DNA from: an uncultured Methanomassiliicoccales archaeon | GTDB lineage: Archaea; Thermoplasmatota; Thermoplasmata; Methanomassiliicoccales; UBA472 | DNA length: 64,000 nucleotides | Assembly: GCA_963695345.1 (NCBI GenBank) | Contig: OY968769.1 | Coordinates: forward strand, 1,376,001 to 1,440,000 | Reading direction: 5' to 3' | Shown here: in pieces, positions 29,290 through 39,960 of the stretch | Numbering within the stretch: position 1 is the first letter of the stretch | How the letters are laid out: the number at the start of each line of letters is the position of its first letter | Translations under genes and position numbers: made by a program | The notes under the pieces: generated by a model | The model's database searches: none | What the model was told of the DNA's origin: nothing | What the model saw: the letters and a program-made list of their open reading frames with translations, nothing else

Positions 29290-30105
29290 ATGGTCAGATA
29301 TCCCGCCGTCGCCGGACAGTTCTATGCCGGAAAGGAAGCGTCATTGCGCCGCGAGGTCGAGGCCTGCTTCACCTCTCCGATCGGGCCGGGTCATTTGCCA
29401 AAATTGGAATCAGGGCCGCGGAATATCGTCGGGGCGGTCGTTCCTCACGCCGGCCTGGTCTATTCTGGACCGGTTGCCGCCCATGTGTACGATGCGATGG
29501 CCAGAGACGGGTTCCCCGACACTATCGTGATAATAGGGCCCAATCACAACGGGATCGGGGCGGGCGTGGCGGTCACGACCGAGGATTTTGAGACCCCTTT
29601 CGGAGTGGTAAGCATTGATCAGGATATTGCGTCCAAGATGAAAGGGGCGATATTCAATGACCCGGTCTCCCACCGGTTCGAACACTCCATCGAGGTCCAG
29701 CTTCCCTTCCTTCAATATATCAAGCGGGACATCAAGTTCGTACCCATCTCTATGGGCTTCCAGGATTTCGAGACCGCCGTGGAAACGGCAAAGGCGATCA
29801 AAAAGGCCATAGCCGGTCGGGATGTAATCATCATCGCATCGACCGACTTTTCCCACTACATCCCGCCCGAAAAGGCCCGGCAGCTGGACACCAAGGTGAT
29901 AGAGAAGATACTGGCCATGGACCCCAAGGGGATGTACGCTACGGTCACGACCAACAATGTGACGATGTGCGGCTACGGTCCGGTAATGACGATGCTGCTC
30001 GCCTGCGAGGGCAAGGAGGCCAAGCTCCTCAAGTATGCCAATTCCGGCGACGTCCATCCGATGGACAAGGTCGTCGGTTATGCGGGGATCGTCGTCACCA
30101 GGTAG
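29290..30105 (+). CDS. MEMO1 family protein (AmmeMemoRadiSam protein B)
   Basis: PAVAGQFY, PHAG..YSG, GPNH, EHSIEVQLPFLQ, STDFSHY, MCGYGP, VVGY. Confidence 0.95.
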   Translation: MVRYPAVAGQFYAGKEASLRREVEACFTSPIGPGHLPKLESGPRNIVGAVVPHAGLVYSGPVAAHVYDAMARDGFPDTIVIIGPNHNGIGAGVAVTTEDFETPFGVVSIDQDIASKMKGAIFNDPVSHRFEHSIEVQLPFLQYIKRDIKFVPISMGFQDFETAVETAKAIKKAIAGRDVIIIASTDFSHYIPPEKARQLDTKVIEKILAMDPKGMYATVTTNNVTMCGYGPVMTMLLACEGKEAKLLKYANSGDVHPMDKVVGYAGIVVTR

Positions 30106-30190
30106 TATGAATTATCAAGCGCCGCTAATCTGAGGACAGGGGACATATATCCAAAAGGGACTAGTCTCCCTTCCGGAAGGTTAAGTTTCA

Positions 30191-31081
30191 ATGGTCGCGG
30201 TAAGGGATTGCAGGTTTTGCGGAAAGGCGGTCCAGACCGATGCCATATGGTGCGCATATTGCGGACGGAACATTTCTGCTCCGGTCGATTCCGGTGCCTC
30301 CCACAAGGGGATGGTCGAGGCGGTGTCTGGCATACGTTCTCCTCAGGTCTCCGATCCCAAGCAATGGCTTGCCACTTCCATGGGTTTGAGGGAAGGCACC
30401 GACAAGATGATCGAACAGCGATGGCTGTTCATGCCGTTGGTAGGAACTTCCATGGTCGTAATCGGTTTGCTGATCATGCTCTTTGGCCTGCTGGGCAAAG
30501 GAATGGCCCTCGAAATAGGGCTAGTGGTCTATCTCTTCGGCGTCGTCGTGACCGGCGGGATATTGGCACAGCTGAACTTCCGCATGCTGGAAAGGCAGGA
30601 TGGCCATGCCCGGAGGGAAAGGGTGCTTAGAGATGGAGTGCTCGCCTACATGAGGGAAAAGGCGACCGAAAAGAATTCGATCCAGGCAATCCAACCCCAG
30701 CTGAGCGTGATCGAGATCATCAATGCCGAGTCCCGGGCCACTGAGAGGGACATACCTACTTTGAAATGGACATTGTTCTCGTACGTGCCGATACTGCAGC
30801 TCTATGTTATGCAGCGGCTGACCCGTTTCACCACCGAGCACGACCGGCGCTGGACCGTGTTCATCCAGCAGGTCCAGTCAGGCGGAGCGACGATCGGGTT
30901 CAGGCCGACTCTACCTTCATGGAAGGCCTCGGCCCCAAAACCGGCGGTGGTTTACCTCGCCATCAGCTTCATTTTCCTGCCCTTCATCACATTCTGGTAC
31001 ACGGACCTGATCAAGGACCTCGAGGAGCATTTCAAACTCCAATGGCAGTTCGAGGACCAGATCGCAGCGCATATGAAGTAG
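30191..31081 (+). CDS. zinc-ribbon membrane protein (DUF4234-like C-terminal region)
   Basis: CRFC..CAYC at the N-terminus, several TM helices, H..RE and H...QW.FED motifs. Confidence 0.75.
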   Translation: MVAVRDCRFCGKAVQTDAIWCAYCGRNISAPVDSGASHKGMVEAVSGIRSPQVSDPKQWLATSMGLREGTDKMIEQRWLFMPLVGTSMVVIGLLIMLFGLLGKGMALEIGLVVYLFGVVVTGGILAQLNFRMLERQDGHARRERVLRDGVLAYMREKATEKNSIQAIQPQLSVIEIINAESRATERDIPTLKWTLFSYVPILQLYVMQRLTRFTTEHDRRWTVFIQQVQSGGATIGFRPTLPSWKASAPKPAVVYLAISFIFLPFITFWYTDLIKDLEEHFKLQWQFEDQIAAHMK

Positions 31082-31116
31082 TAGAAATTAGGAAAAAGAT
31101 TGGAAGGCGTTTCGGC

Positions 31117-32022
31117 TCAGATGACCTTCATCTTGCCCAGGACCGGTTCATATACCAGACCTTTGTCCAGGAGCGAGTTCGATATCTCATCCAGCTCCTC
31201 CCGTTCGATGCCAGATTTCTTCGCCTCGGCCACGATATCGTCCCAGGGCGCGCCTTTGCCGCCCTTGTCCAGCTGCTCCACCAAGGCCAGGACCACCTTC
31301 TCCTTGTCCTCTTGGGTCTGTTGCGCCTCAGGGTCCGTGACCACCTCGTCATCTATCTCCTCCGGCGCCTCGCTGTCCATGTCTGGCACATCCATGCCGG
31401 TGTGGTGTTCCGGCATCAGGAACTTGAGCGCGTCGACCACCATGTTGCGGTAGTTCGTAAGGTCCACCTCTCCGTAGGTCTCGATGCTCTTGACCACTCC
31501 TTCGGCCAGCGCCTGTCCGTATCCGAGTTTGACCAGCTCATCGACGGACGGTGTGGACATCTTCTTGGCCTCCTCCATGGCCGAGATCCGGCGAAGGGTC
31601 GCCTTACAGGTCTCCATCACCCAGTAGTCCCGTAGGGCTATGTCCACCACGGTTATCTTCTCGGGACGGATCGAAACGTACATCGTCCCTTCCTCCGGCG
31701 AATATGTCCTGATCTTGCCTACCACCGCCACGAACTTGGGCGGTTGGATCTTCGAAAGGGCCATGGTTGCCTCGGGTTGATACTGTCCCGAGGACAGGTA
31801 GAACGTGCCCGTTGGATCGGATATCCTGGCCCGCCAGAAGGGTTCGTTCGAGCCGATGTTCTCTATGTCCGTCAGAACGCCCACCACGAACACCCTGTTC
31901 ATCATGGCGCCCAGCGGCGAGACGACGTACGATGGCATCTTCTCGCCCTCTCCCTTGATCTCCACGCGGGAGGAGCTGAACTCCCCGGCGAACACCCTCC
32001 AGGCCACTTCCCTGTTCTTCAT
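31117..32022 (-). CDS. RPA-associated OB-fold/winged-helix protein (RPA32-like)
   Basis: REVAWRVFA.E, NRVFVVGVL, R.SDPTGTF....GQYQPEA, C-terminal L.KG..YEP. Confidence 0.9.
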   Translation of the reverse strand: MKNREVAWRVFAGEFSSSRVEIKGEGEKMPSYVVSPLGAMMNRVFVVGVLTDIENIGSNEPFWRARISDPTGTFYLSSGQYQPEATMALSKIQPPKFVAVVGKIRTYSPEEGTMYVSIRPEKITVVDIALRDYWVMETCKATLRRISAMEEAKKMSTPSVDELVKLGYGQALAEGVVKSIETYGEVDLTNYRNMVVDALKFLMPEHHTGMDVPDMDSEAPEEIDDEVVTDPEAQQTQEDKEKVVLALVEQLDKGGKGAPWDDIVAEAKKSGIEREELDEISNSLLDKGLVYEPVLGKMKVI

Positions 32023-33356
32023 TGGAATCCCTCCATCTCAACGAGGAGGTGAGTAGCCTCTTCCTTCACATCGATAGGGGCGATCTTGGCATCAATGACG
32101 ATCATCATGAGCCCGAACTCGTCGCTCATCACATTGCCGCGGACCAACAGGGGTTTCGCGAAGAGCTTCTCATCCATGTGCTCCTTGACCACCTCCATGT
32201 TCATCGCTTCCCGTGCCTCTCTCATGCTGGCCTCAAGGGTCGTGCCGATCAGGGATTCGGTGATGCCGCGTCCCATGACCGCGGTGATCGCCGCCGTTCC
32301 GTCGTCTATGACCGCCTTGATCCTCAGGTCTGGGATGCCCTCCACCTTTCCGTGGATGCGGCATGCGCCCTTTTGGACCACCCGCTTGCACTGGGGGCAG
32401 CGGAAGATCAGCCCGCTCCCTTCCTTGATGTCCACGATGGTGCCTTCCACCAGCACGTCGGTCGCTCCGCCAACATGCTCGATGTCCTCCAGAGTCCGCT
32501 TCTTGGGGCGGGACGCCTCCACGTCCGGCAGTAGGTCCTCCTTGAGATGCATGACCCCGGAACGTTCACCGAAGTTCAATTTCGGTACGCCTCTCCATCC
32601 TTTCACGTACGCCCGGCTGATCGTGACGACCTCGTTGGGCTTAAGCCCGAAATCATGCCAAGCCGAATACTCGACCTTGCCGCTCTCGTCGGCCAGCATA
32701 CCGGAGAAGACAACTTTCTTGATCCCGTTGGCCTCGACCTCCTTATTGTCAACGGACAATATCTTACCAGTTACCGTGACGTTGTTCATGCCGTCCTGAA
32801 GTTCGGCCACCTTGACCGCATCGCCACCCGCAGAGGCAGCGGTCAGTACGACGCCGGCGTCGACCTTGACCTCGTCCTGCCGGCGGATCTCCGACGATGC
32901 CCGGTTTCCAAGATTCACCTGTATCTTGCCCCCGAACTCCTTGGTGTACGCGTTATGCAGCATGAAGACCTCTCCGACCTTCAACGAGACCCGTTCCGTG
33001 TCCCACAGCGTGTACGGGACCGCTCCCGACTCGTCAGCCAGCATGCCATAGACGATCTGCTTCTTGCCGTTGTCCGTCTCTACTTCCTTGGGATTGGCGG
33101 ACATGACCTTGACCAGGAGATCGACGCTCCCTTCCGAGGGGCCTAGCTCAGCGACCTTTTTGCGCACGCCCCCTCGAGACAATGCGTTCGGGTCCCCTCC
33201 GAAGTTCTTGACGATGCTGCGTTTCGCAGTCTCCATCGAAACCCGGTAGACCTTGAGATAGGTCTCCATCTCTTCAACGATCTTCGACTCTTCCACTTTG
33301 TTTCCAAGCACCCGGGCTACTTCTTTGACGTGGGGTGCGATGTCTTCGTTTTCCAT
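32019..33356 (-). CDS. rpa: replication protein A large subunit (multi-OB-fold with zinc finger)
   Basis: Repeated G.LADESG OB folds; GSGLIFRCPQC.R...G.C..HG; DLRIKAVIDDGT; GGAGGT RBS. Confidence 0.93.
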   Translation of the reverse strand: MENEDIAPHVKEVARVLGNKVEESKIVEEMETYLKVYRVSMETAKRSIVKNFGGDPNALSRGGVRKKVAELGPSEGSVDLLVKVMSANPKEVETDNGKKQIVYGMLADESGAVPYTLWDTERVSLKVGEVFMLHNAYTKEFGGKIQVNLGNRASSEIRRQDEVKVDAGVVLTAASAGGDAVKVAELQDGMNNVTVTGKILSVDNKEVEANGIKKVVFSGMLADESGKVEYSAWHDFGLKPNEVVTISRAYVKGWRGVPKLNFGERSGVMHLKEDLLPDVEASRPKKRTLEDIEHVGGATDVLVEGTIVDIKEGSGLIFRCPQCKRVVQKGACRIHGKVEGIPDLRIKAVIDDGTAAITAVMGRGITESLIGTTLEASMREAREAMNMEVVKEHMDEKLFAKPLLVRGNVMSDEFGLMMIVIDAKIAPIDVKEEATHLLVEMEGFQ

Positions 33357-33540
33357 TAGAATTACCTCCGTTACGGACAGTACCGGACTATTCCGGTGAC
33401 CCGACATCACGTTTTCCCTTAATTGCATTATTCATCGGCACACCGAAAGTGCCGATACAAAAATCAAAGGAAAACGGGCATCCAGTTCCTATGAACGACA
33501 GTATAAGAAGAACAAAAAGTGGTTTGTTAGAGAAGGCCGC

Positions 33541-34152
33541 TCACTCGGTGAACGTCTCGCCCTTCTCGTAAGCGTTCTTGAGGTGGTTCACCAGGGTCTC
33601 GCGGTTGTTCCGGAGGTGGGATTCGAACCATGCCATCACGACATCGCCCAATGCCGCGTGCATCTTTTCCATGTCGAACTCGGCCAGGGGGGCGTCATAG
33701 ATCACGAACTGACCGAAGATCCTCTTCCAGCCGTTGTACTTGTAGTAGTGCTCGCCCTCACAGTATACGAACACCATGCGGACATGCGGTGTGGAATCCA
33801 CGCTGTAATACCAGACCTTGATGGAATCTCCCATGCGGCCCTGGTTCTGGGTCATGTCCACGATCTGCATCGCGCCGACCGCTTCGAGGTCGAAAGCCGG
33901 GTTGAACTTCCAAACGTCTGGGAACTTGTCCTGTTCGAACTTGGCGAATTCGCTGTATGAAGGCTCCATGTTCAGCTGGACATTGATCTTGCCGAACCGG
34001 TTGACGATGTTCCAGAAATCCTGGATTAGCGCCTTGTTGATATTTGTCTTCTGATAGGTAATCTCCTCGCGGTCCTTCGAGATAGCCTCTGTCTTCCTCT
34101 GTAGTTCGGCATCCAATTGTGCGAACCATTCGTCCTTATCAGCAGGCGCCAT
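33541..34152 (-). CDS. conserved hypothetical soluble protein
   Basis: Host-like codon usage; N-terminal coiled coil; YCEGEHYYKYNGWKR; start set at MAPADK. Confidence 0.75.
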   Translation of the reverse strand: MAPADKDEWFAQLDAELQRKTEAISKDREEITYQKTNINKALIQDFWNIVNRFGKINVQLNMEPSYSEFAKFEQDKFPDVWKFNPAFDLEAVGAMQIVDMTQNQGRMGDSIKVWYYSVDSTPHVRMVFVYCEGEHYYKYNGWKRIFGQFVIYDAPLAEFDMEKMHAALGDVVMAWFESHLRNNRETLVNHLKNAYEKGETFTE

Positions 34153-34308
34153 AAGTGAATCCCTGAGACCGATAATTACCCTACCATGATAAAAAGATAT
34201 CTCCCTCATTGGGAAATCTGGATAGCATCCGAGGGAACCGCTGGGAGGATTATTATTCTGTTGTTCTGACACAAAGGTTTCTTCAGCATACTCGCATATA
34301 CGCTCTCA

Positions 34309-34821
34309 ATGGGGCTCGTTGAGGACTTCACGTCTTTTCTCATGGGTGTCGCCGGCGATCCTTTGTCATATTCGCTGCTGTTCTTTTTCTATGCCGTCGC
34401 GGCGGCGATAATTCTCCCAATTCCGATTGAGGTTGGGCTGTTGCTAAGCCCCAACACGCCGTGGTACCTTTTGGCCCTCGTCCTAGGGGCTGGAAAGGCC
34501 GTAGGTTCTGTCCTTGTTTTCAGGATAGGACTGGAGATCGAAGGTCCAATTCGCCGATGGTCACAGCGTTTTAGGATCTTTAGAAAGTTCATTGACCTTT
34601 GCGAACGTTTTGTGATTCGGTACAACTACTATGCCCTTTTTGTTCTTCTTTGCATACCTTTCAACAGCGATACAGCTGTCCTTTATGTTTTTTCGATCGT
34701 GAACAAGGACGGTGAGGCGATGAAGATGAAATGGTTCGCCCTCACCAATTTCATTGCCGGAATAACAAGGGCTTCGATCTTTGTTGGGCTGCTCTCTGTG
34801 GGCATCAACCTATTCGGCTAA
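34309..34821 (+). CDS. membrane protein (DedA/YqaA-like), paralog 1
   Basis: YAVAAAIILPIP.E, G.GKAVGS, IPF.SDT..LY.FS. Confidence 0.8.
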   Translation: MGLVEDFTSFLMGVAGDPLSYSLLFFFYAVAAAIILPIPIEVGLLLSPNTPWYLLALVLGAGKAVGSVLVFRIGLEIEGPIRRWSQRFRIFRKFIDLCERFVIRYNYYALFVLLCIPFNSDTAVLYVFSIVNKDGEAMKMKWFALTNFIAGITRASIFVGLLSVGINLFG

Positions 34822-34964
34822 CACAGAAGAAGCGGTATCGGTATTGCCATAATCCAATCCTCGGACAAGGTAGGTTGTGGTCCAATTGCCAGGCCGCTCA
34901 ATAGTTTCAGCCTCATGATTGAGGCACAAAGGTTTTTTAACGCATACCCGTGTCATCCACGCCT

Positions 34965-35480
34965 ATGGGAATCGTCGAAGACTTCATGTCAGTGCTTACT
35001 GGAGTTGCCGGCGATCCAGTCCTATATTCGGTGGTATTCTTCCTATACGCGGTCGCCGCGGCGATCATCCTGCCGATACCGGTGGAGTTCGGCCTGATAC
35101 TGAGCCCGCACACTCCCTGGTATGTGCTGGCGATCATTCTCGGAATCGGCAAAGCGGTCGGATCGCTGTTGGTGTTCAGGATAGGAATGGAGATCGAAGG
35201 TCCGGTGCGTCGTTGGTCCAAGCGCATTAAGTGGTTCGGCAAGTTCATCGATCTGTGCGAGCGGTTCGTGGCCCGCTACGGATACTACGCGCTCTACCTG
35301 TTGTTGAGCGTCCCATTCATGAGCGACACCGCCGTGCTTTACATATTTTCCATCACGAACAAGGAAGGCAAGGCATTGAAGATGAAATGGTTCGCCTTGG
35401 TGAACTTCCTGGCAGGGATAACGAGGGCGGTGTTACTGGTCACTCTCCTGTACATCTTCAACATCAATCTGTTCCAATGA
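34965..35480 (+). CDS. membrane protein (DedA/YqaA-like), paralog 2
   Basis: Colinear with and highly similar to 34309..34821. Confidence 0.85.
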   Translation: MGIVEDFMSVLTGVAGDPVLYSVVFFLYAVAAAIILPIPVEFGLILSPHTPWYVLAIILGIGKAVGSLLVFRIGMEIEGPVRRWSKRIKWFGKFIDLCERFVARYGYYALYLLLSVPFMSDTAVLYIFSITNKEGKALKMKWFALVNFLAGITRAVLLVTLLYIFNINLFQ

Positions 35481-35563
35481 GCCCAGCCGATTGGCTGGTG
35501 CGACCTACAGGCTGAGCCGTAGGTAATGGAAATGTTTATATGAATAAGACAAATTCTAAGTTA

Positions 35564-36634
35564 ATGGTTCCCAAGAGCAAGATTCACAAGATTCTCAGCG
35601 AGTACGACAAGGACAAGATTACCATCGCCACCTTGTGCTCTCACTCCTCTCTCCAGATTTTCAATGGTGCGAAGAAGGAGGGATTCAAGACCCTGGGTCT
35701 TGCCATACGGGATAACAATCGTTTTTACGACGCTTTCCCGCTGGCCAAGCCTGACGAGATCCTCAAGCTCAACAGCTACAGCGAGCTGGTGGACAACTAC
35801 GACGAGTTCCTGGCCAGGAACGTCATCGTCGTCCCTCACGGCTCCTTCGTGGAGTACATGAGCGCGAGCAAGTTCGAGGAGATGCCCATCCCCACCTTCG
35901 GAAACCGCAAGGTGCTGGCATGGGAGTCGGACCGCAGCAAGATGAGAGAGTGGCTGGAATCTGCGGGCATATCCATGCCCCGGGTGATCGAGGACCCCAA
36001 AACGATCGACCGGCCAGTGCTGGTCAAGTACAACGGCGCCAAGGGCGGCCGTGGGTTCTTCATCGCCAAGGACTATCCGGACTTCAAGCTGGGCATCGAC
36101 CTTGAGCAGCCTTACACCATCCAGGAGTATGTCCTGGGCACCAGGTACTATCTGCACTTCTTCTACTCGCCGATCAAGACGGACGGTTACCGCGTCTCCG
36201 AAGGCTCCGTCGAGCTGATGTCGATGGACCGTCGCGACGAATCGAACGTGGATGAGATGTACAAGCTGGGCGCGGCCGAGGAGCTCAAGAGGCTTGGTTA
36301 CTATCCGACCTTCGTCGTCACCGGCAACGTGTCGGTGGTGCTACGCGAGTCCCTCCTGCCGAAGGTGTTCGAGATGGGCGAAAGGGTCATCCAGCGCTCC
36401 TACGAATTGTTCGGCGGCATGATCGGGCCGTTCTGCCTGGAGTCGATCGTCACCGACAAGCTCGAGTTCAAGGTGTTCGAGATATCGTCCCGGATAGTGG
36501 CCGGTTCGAACCCGTTCGTGTCCGGTTCCCCCTACTCGGACCTGGTCGAGCCAGAGATGAGCACCGGCAGGCGCATCAGCCGGGAGATCAAGATGGCGAG
36601 GGACACCAACACCCTCGAAAAAGTGATCTCATGA
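35564..36634 (+). CDS. purP: 5-formaminoimidazole-4-carboxamide ribonucleotide synthetase
   Basis: IATLCSHSSLQI, PHGSFVEY, GAKGGRGFF, RESLLP, IGPFCLE, FEISSRIVAG, STGRRI. Confidence 0.95.
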   Translation: MVPKSKIHKILSEYDKDKITIATLCSHSSLQIFNGAKKEGFKTLGLAIRDNNRFYDAFPLAKPDEILKLNSYSELVDNYDEFLARNVIVVPHGSFVEYMSASKFEEMPIPTFGNRKVLAWESDRSKMREWLESAGISMPRVIEDPKTIDRPVLVKYNGAKGGRGFFIAKDYPDFKLGIDLEQPYTIQEYVLGTRYYLHFFYSPIKTDGYRVSEGSVELMSMDRRDESNVDEMYKLGAAEELKRLGYYPTFVVTGNVSVVLRESLLPKVFEMGERVIQRSYELFGGMIGPFCLESIVTDKLEFKVFEISSRIVAGSNPFVSGSPYSDLVEPEMSTGRRISREIKMARDTNTLEKVIS

Positions 36635-37263
36635 GGGTAACGATACTGCTGGTCGATTCGGAACTGGAAAGGATACCTGAAGGTGTCCATCCCGAACCGC
36701 GCTGCGACATCAACACGAAGGTGCTGGACTCATACCTCCATAAGGATGTGCTATCTAAGTTGCCGGAGGGAAACAGGAGAGGGCGCCCGGACATGATCCA
36801 CGGTTTCCTCAACCTGTGTCAGAGTTCCATCGCGAACAAACGCGGTTATCTCCGCGTCTTCGTACATACAAGGAACGACGAGATATTGACCATAGGGCGC
36901 AAGGCGCACGTGCCCCAGAACTACCTTGAGTACCTGGGTTTCATGGACGAGCTTCTGGAGAAGGGAAGGATCGGTTCCGGAGAGGAGGAGATATCGATGT
37001 CGAAGGGAACCTACCTGGAACTTATGGACCGGATAAACGTCGACGTCACGGTCGTGATGTCCCCGGAGGGCCGGCTTACTCCGCTCAGGGATCTGCTGCC
37101 GGCAACCGGCGCGGAAGAGGCCGCCGTGGTGATCGGCGGTTTCCCTGATGGCACCTTCAAGAGCCCGGTCTATGATCTGGCCGATTATAAGATCTCCCTG
37201 GGGCCGGAACTGCTCACCATAACCGCGGTGGGGAGCGAAGTACTGGCGAGCATTCCTCGGTGA
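36631..37263 (+). CDS. nep1: 16S rRNA pseudouridine N1-methyltransferase Nep1/EMG1
   Basis: LDS..H, RRGRPD..H, VHT, P.NY..F.G, IGGFP.G. Confidence 0.85.
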   Translation: MRVTILLVDSELERIPEGVHPEPRCDINTKVLDSYLHKDVLSKLPEGNRRGRPDMIHGFLNLCQSSIANKRGYLRVFVHTRNDEILTIGRKAHVPQNYLEYLGFMDELLEKGRIGSGEEEISMSKGTYLELMDRINVDVTVVMSPEGRLTPLRDLLPATGAEEAAVVIGGFPDGTFKSPVYDLADYKISLGPELLTITAVGSEVLASIPR

Positions 37264-37478
37264 ATTTTCCGCCGATTGCGGGAATATCATACCGATCGAA
37301 GATGACCGTTCCATCGCATCCTTGACGGCTTATTTTCCCTTCTGCTATTCATTCGTATTTCGATGGCATCGATCAAGAACGGATCCCATCAAATCGGTAC
37401 TCGGTGTCAGGTCGGACCTGGCGCATAAAATGGTGATGACCAGGCATTGGGAAATTAAAATGTTTAATGGATTGGGGC

Positions 37479-38387
37479 TTACCAGCCCCGCTCCTGCATC
37501 CTTTCTTCTGGTTTGATGGTGGAGATCTCGATGCCCTTCATCGCCTCCCCCAGTCCTTTCGAGACCTCTGCGATGACCTTAGGGTCGTCGAAGTTGGTGA
37601 CGGCGTCCACTATCGCCTTTGCCATCTCGGCCGGGTTCTTCGATTTGAATATGCCCGATCCGACGAACACGCCATCGGTCCCGAGCTGCATCATGAGCGC
37701 AGCGTCGGAAGGTGTCGCGATGCCACCAGCGGCGAAATTGATGACCGGCAGCCGCTGTATCCCGGCGACCTCTTTCACCAGGTAGATGGGGGCCTCGATC
37801 TTCCGAGCCACGGCTACCAGCTCGGTCTCGTCCTTTCCTCTCAGCTCACGGATCTGACCCATCACCATGCGCTGGTGCCTGACCGCCTCGATGACGTTGC
37901 CAGTGCCCGGCTCGCCCTTGGTGCGTATCATGGCCGCCCCTTCGTCAATGCGCCTTAGCGCTTCACCCAGGTCCCTGGCCCCGCAAACGAACGGAACGGT
38001 GAACTTCTTCTTGTCAACGTGGAAGAACGGGTCCGCCGGTGTGAGCACCTCCGACTCGTCGATCATGTCGACGTTCAGTGTCTCCAGCACCTGGGCCTCA
38101 ACGAAATGGCCGATGCGGCACTTCGCCATTACCGGGATGGTGACGGCTTCCATGATCTCCTGTATCTTGACCGGGTCCGCCATGCGGGCGACCCCGCCCT
38201 GGGCCCTGATATCGGATGGAACGCGCTCGAGCGCCATGACAGCCACGGCTCCCGCTTCCTCGGCGATTCCCGCCTGTTCGGCGTTCGTCACGTCCATGAC
38301 GACCCCGCCCTGTTGCATCTTCGCGAATCCTCTCTTGACCAGCTCCGTGCCGAAGCGGAGCTTGCTGAGGTCCAAATCGAATACCAT
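37479..38387 (-). CDS. pdxS: pyridoxal 5'-phosphate synthase lyase subunit
   Basis: [55 protein letters not shown]. Confidence 0.98.
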   Translation of the reverse strand: MVFDLDLSKLRFGTELVKRGFAKMQQGGVVMDVTNAEQAGIAEEAGAVAVMALERVPSDIRAQGGVARMADPVKIQEIMEAVTIPVMAKCRIGHFVEAQVLETLNVDMIDESEVLTPADPFFHVDKKKFTVPFVCGARDLGEALRRIDEGAAMIRTKGEPGTGNVIEAVRHQRMVMGQIRELRGKDETELVAVARKIEAPIYLVKEVAGIQRLPVINFAAGGIATPSDAALMMQLGTDGVFVGSGIFKSKNPAEMAKAIVDAVTNFDDPKVIAEVSKGLGEAMKGIEISTIKPEERMQERGW

Positions 38388-38534
38388 TTTATCTCACTGA
38401 GGCGGCTTAGTATTGGAACCTTATATATGCCTTATTGTCGCACTTATTCACAATAGTTACCTTTGCTCTGGGTCACCAAATGATCCGAGTTGGGCGAGAA
38501 AAGGATATAGCCCTCATGCGCGTTTGACGGTCCA

Positions 38535-39692
38535 ATGGTCGCCAAAAGGATGAGCAACGTCCCCGAGTCCGGAACGGTCAAGATGGGCAATCTGGTCAGC
38601 AGGTTGAAGGCGGAGGGTGCGGACATCATCTCATTCAACATTGGGGAGCCCGATTTCAATACGCCGGCGAACATCACCGATGCATGCGTCCGGGGTCTGG
38701 GGGAGAATTTCACCCACTACACCCCATCTGCCGGCATCCCCGAGCTGAGAAAGGCAGTGGCCGACCGTTTGAAGAAGAACAATCACATCCCTTGCAAGGA
38801 CAAGCACGTCCTGATCACACCGACCAAACAGGCCATCTTCATGACCATGCTGGCCATGGTGGAGGAGGGCGACGAGGTCATCGTGCCCGACCCGGAATGG
38901 GGAACGTTCGACGCCTGCGCCCGATTGGCTGGGGCAACGGTTAAGCACGCTACCCTCGACCCTGACGAGCAATACCGGATGACGCCGGAAAGGGTCATGG
39001 CGCACGTCACTCCCAGGACCAAGCTCATCGTCATGAACTCCCCCTCCAATCCTTGCGGCGCGGTCCTGAACGAGTCCGACGTCAAAGGGATCGCGGATAT
39101 CGCCAAGGACCACGACATCGCCGTGCTCACGGACGAGATCTACGAGAGGCTCATCTTCGAGGGAAAGAACCATTCCATTGCCGCGGTGCCGGGGATGTTC
39201 GAGAGAACGATCACCATCGGCGGGACGTCCAAGACCTACGCCATGACCGGCTGGCGCCTGGGATGGGCGGTGGCACCGGACCCGATATTCAAAGAGCTGA
39301 ACAAGCTCCAGACCCAATCGATCACCTGCGTCACCTCGTTCGTCCAATACGCTGGGGTGGAGGCCCTGAACGGACCGCAGGACTCGGTGGACGAGATGTT
39401 CATGGAGTTCAAGGCCCGCAGGGACCTCATCTATGAGCTGTTGTCAGACATCCCTTCGCTGCATTGCGAGAAACCCAAGGGGGCGTTCTATCTTTTCCCT
39501 TCCTTTGACCAGAAGATGAGCTCGGAGGACATGGCCACCTATTTGCTGGAAGAGGCACATGTGGCGGTAACTCCCGGCGTAGCCTTCGGACCGGCGGGCG
39601 AGGGCAAGATAAGGATATCCTATGCCGCCAGCAGGGACGAGATATCCGAAGGCATGGATCGGATCCGTAAGGCACTGGCCAAGCTTGGATGA
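38535..39692 (+). CDS. class I/II PLP-dependent (aspartate) aminotransferase
   Basis: GEPDF.TP, NSPSNP.G, DEIY, SKTYAMTGWRLG, GAFY.F, RISYA. Confidence 0.95.
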   Translation: MVAKRMSNVPESGTVKMGNLVSRLKAEGADIISFNIGEPDFNTPANITDACVRGLGENFTHYTPSAGIPELRKAVADRLKKNNHIPCKDKHVLITPTKQAIFMTMLAMVEEGDEVIVPDPEWGTFDACARLAGATVKHATLDPDEQYRMTPERVMAHVTPRTKLIVMNSPSNPCGAVLNESDVKGIADIAKDHDIAVLTDEIYERLIFEGKNHSIAAVPGMFERTITIGGTSKTYAMTGWRLGWAVAPDPIFKELNKLQTQSITCVTSFVQYAGVEALNGPQDSVDEMFMEFKARRDLIYELLSDIPSLHCEKPKGAFYLFPSFDQKMSSEDMATYLLEEAHVAVTPGVAFGPAGEGKIRISYAASRDEISEGMDRIRKALAKLG

Positions 39693-39693
39693 C

Positions 39694-39870
39694 TCAATCC
39701 TTGACCAGCATGTTGGGGATCGATCTCTCGATCGGATAGATTCTACCGCATTTGGGGCACTTAAGCTTGCCCTGAACGATCTCCTTGCCCTCTTCCATCT
39801 CTACCGTCAATTCCAGCGGGTGCGCCTTGCAGGCCGGGCAGGCCAATATGTCCAGCAGGTCTCGTTTCAT
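39694..39870 (-). CDS. Trm112-family methyltransferase activator
   Basis: LLDILACPACK...G.L.CPKC.R.YPI...IPNML. Confidence 0.92.
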   Translation of the reverse strand: MKRDLLDILACPACKAHPLELTVEMEEGKEIVQGKLKCPKCGRIYPIERSIPNMLVKD

Positions 39871-39960
39871 GAGGATCCGATATCTCATGCCCGATTGAGT
39901 ATATTTTACTCGTCACTGCAATCGGACAGATTTTATAAACCGACCGCTTTCCTGTCATCC

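Noticed and set aside
28440-30105. rpoK-rpsB-MEMO1 adjacency as a novel system
   Set aside because: This is a well-known conserved archaeal gene string
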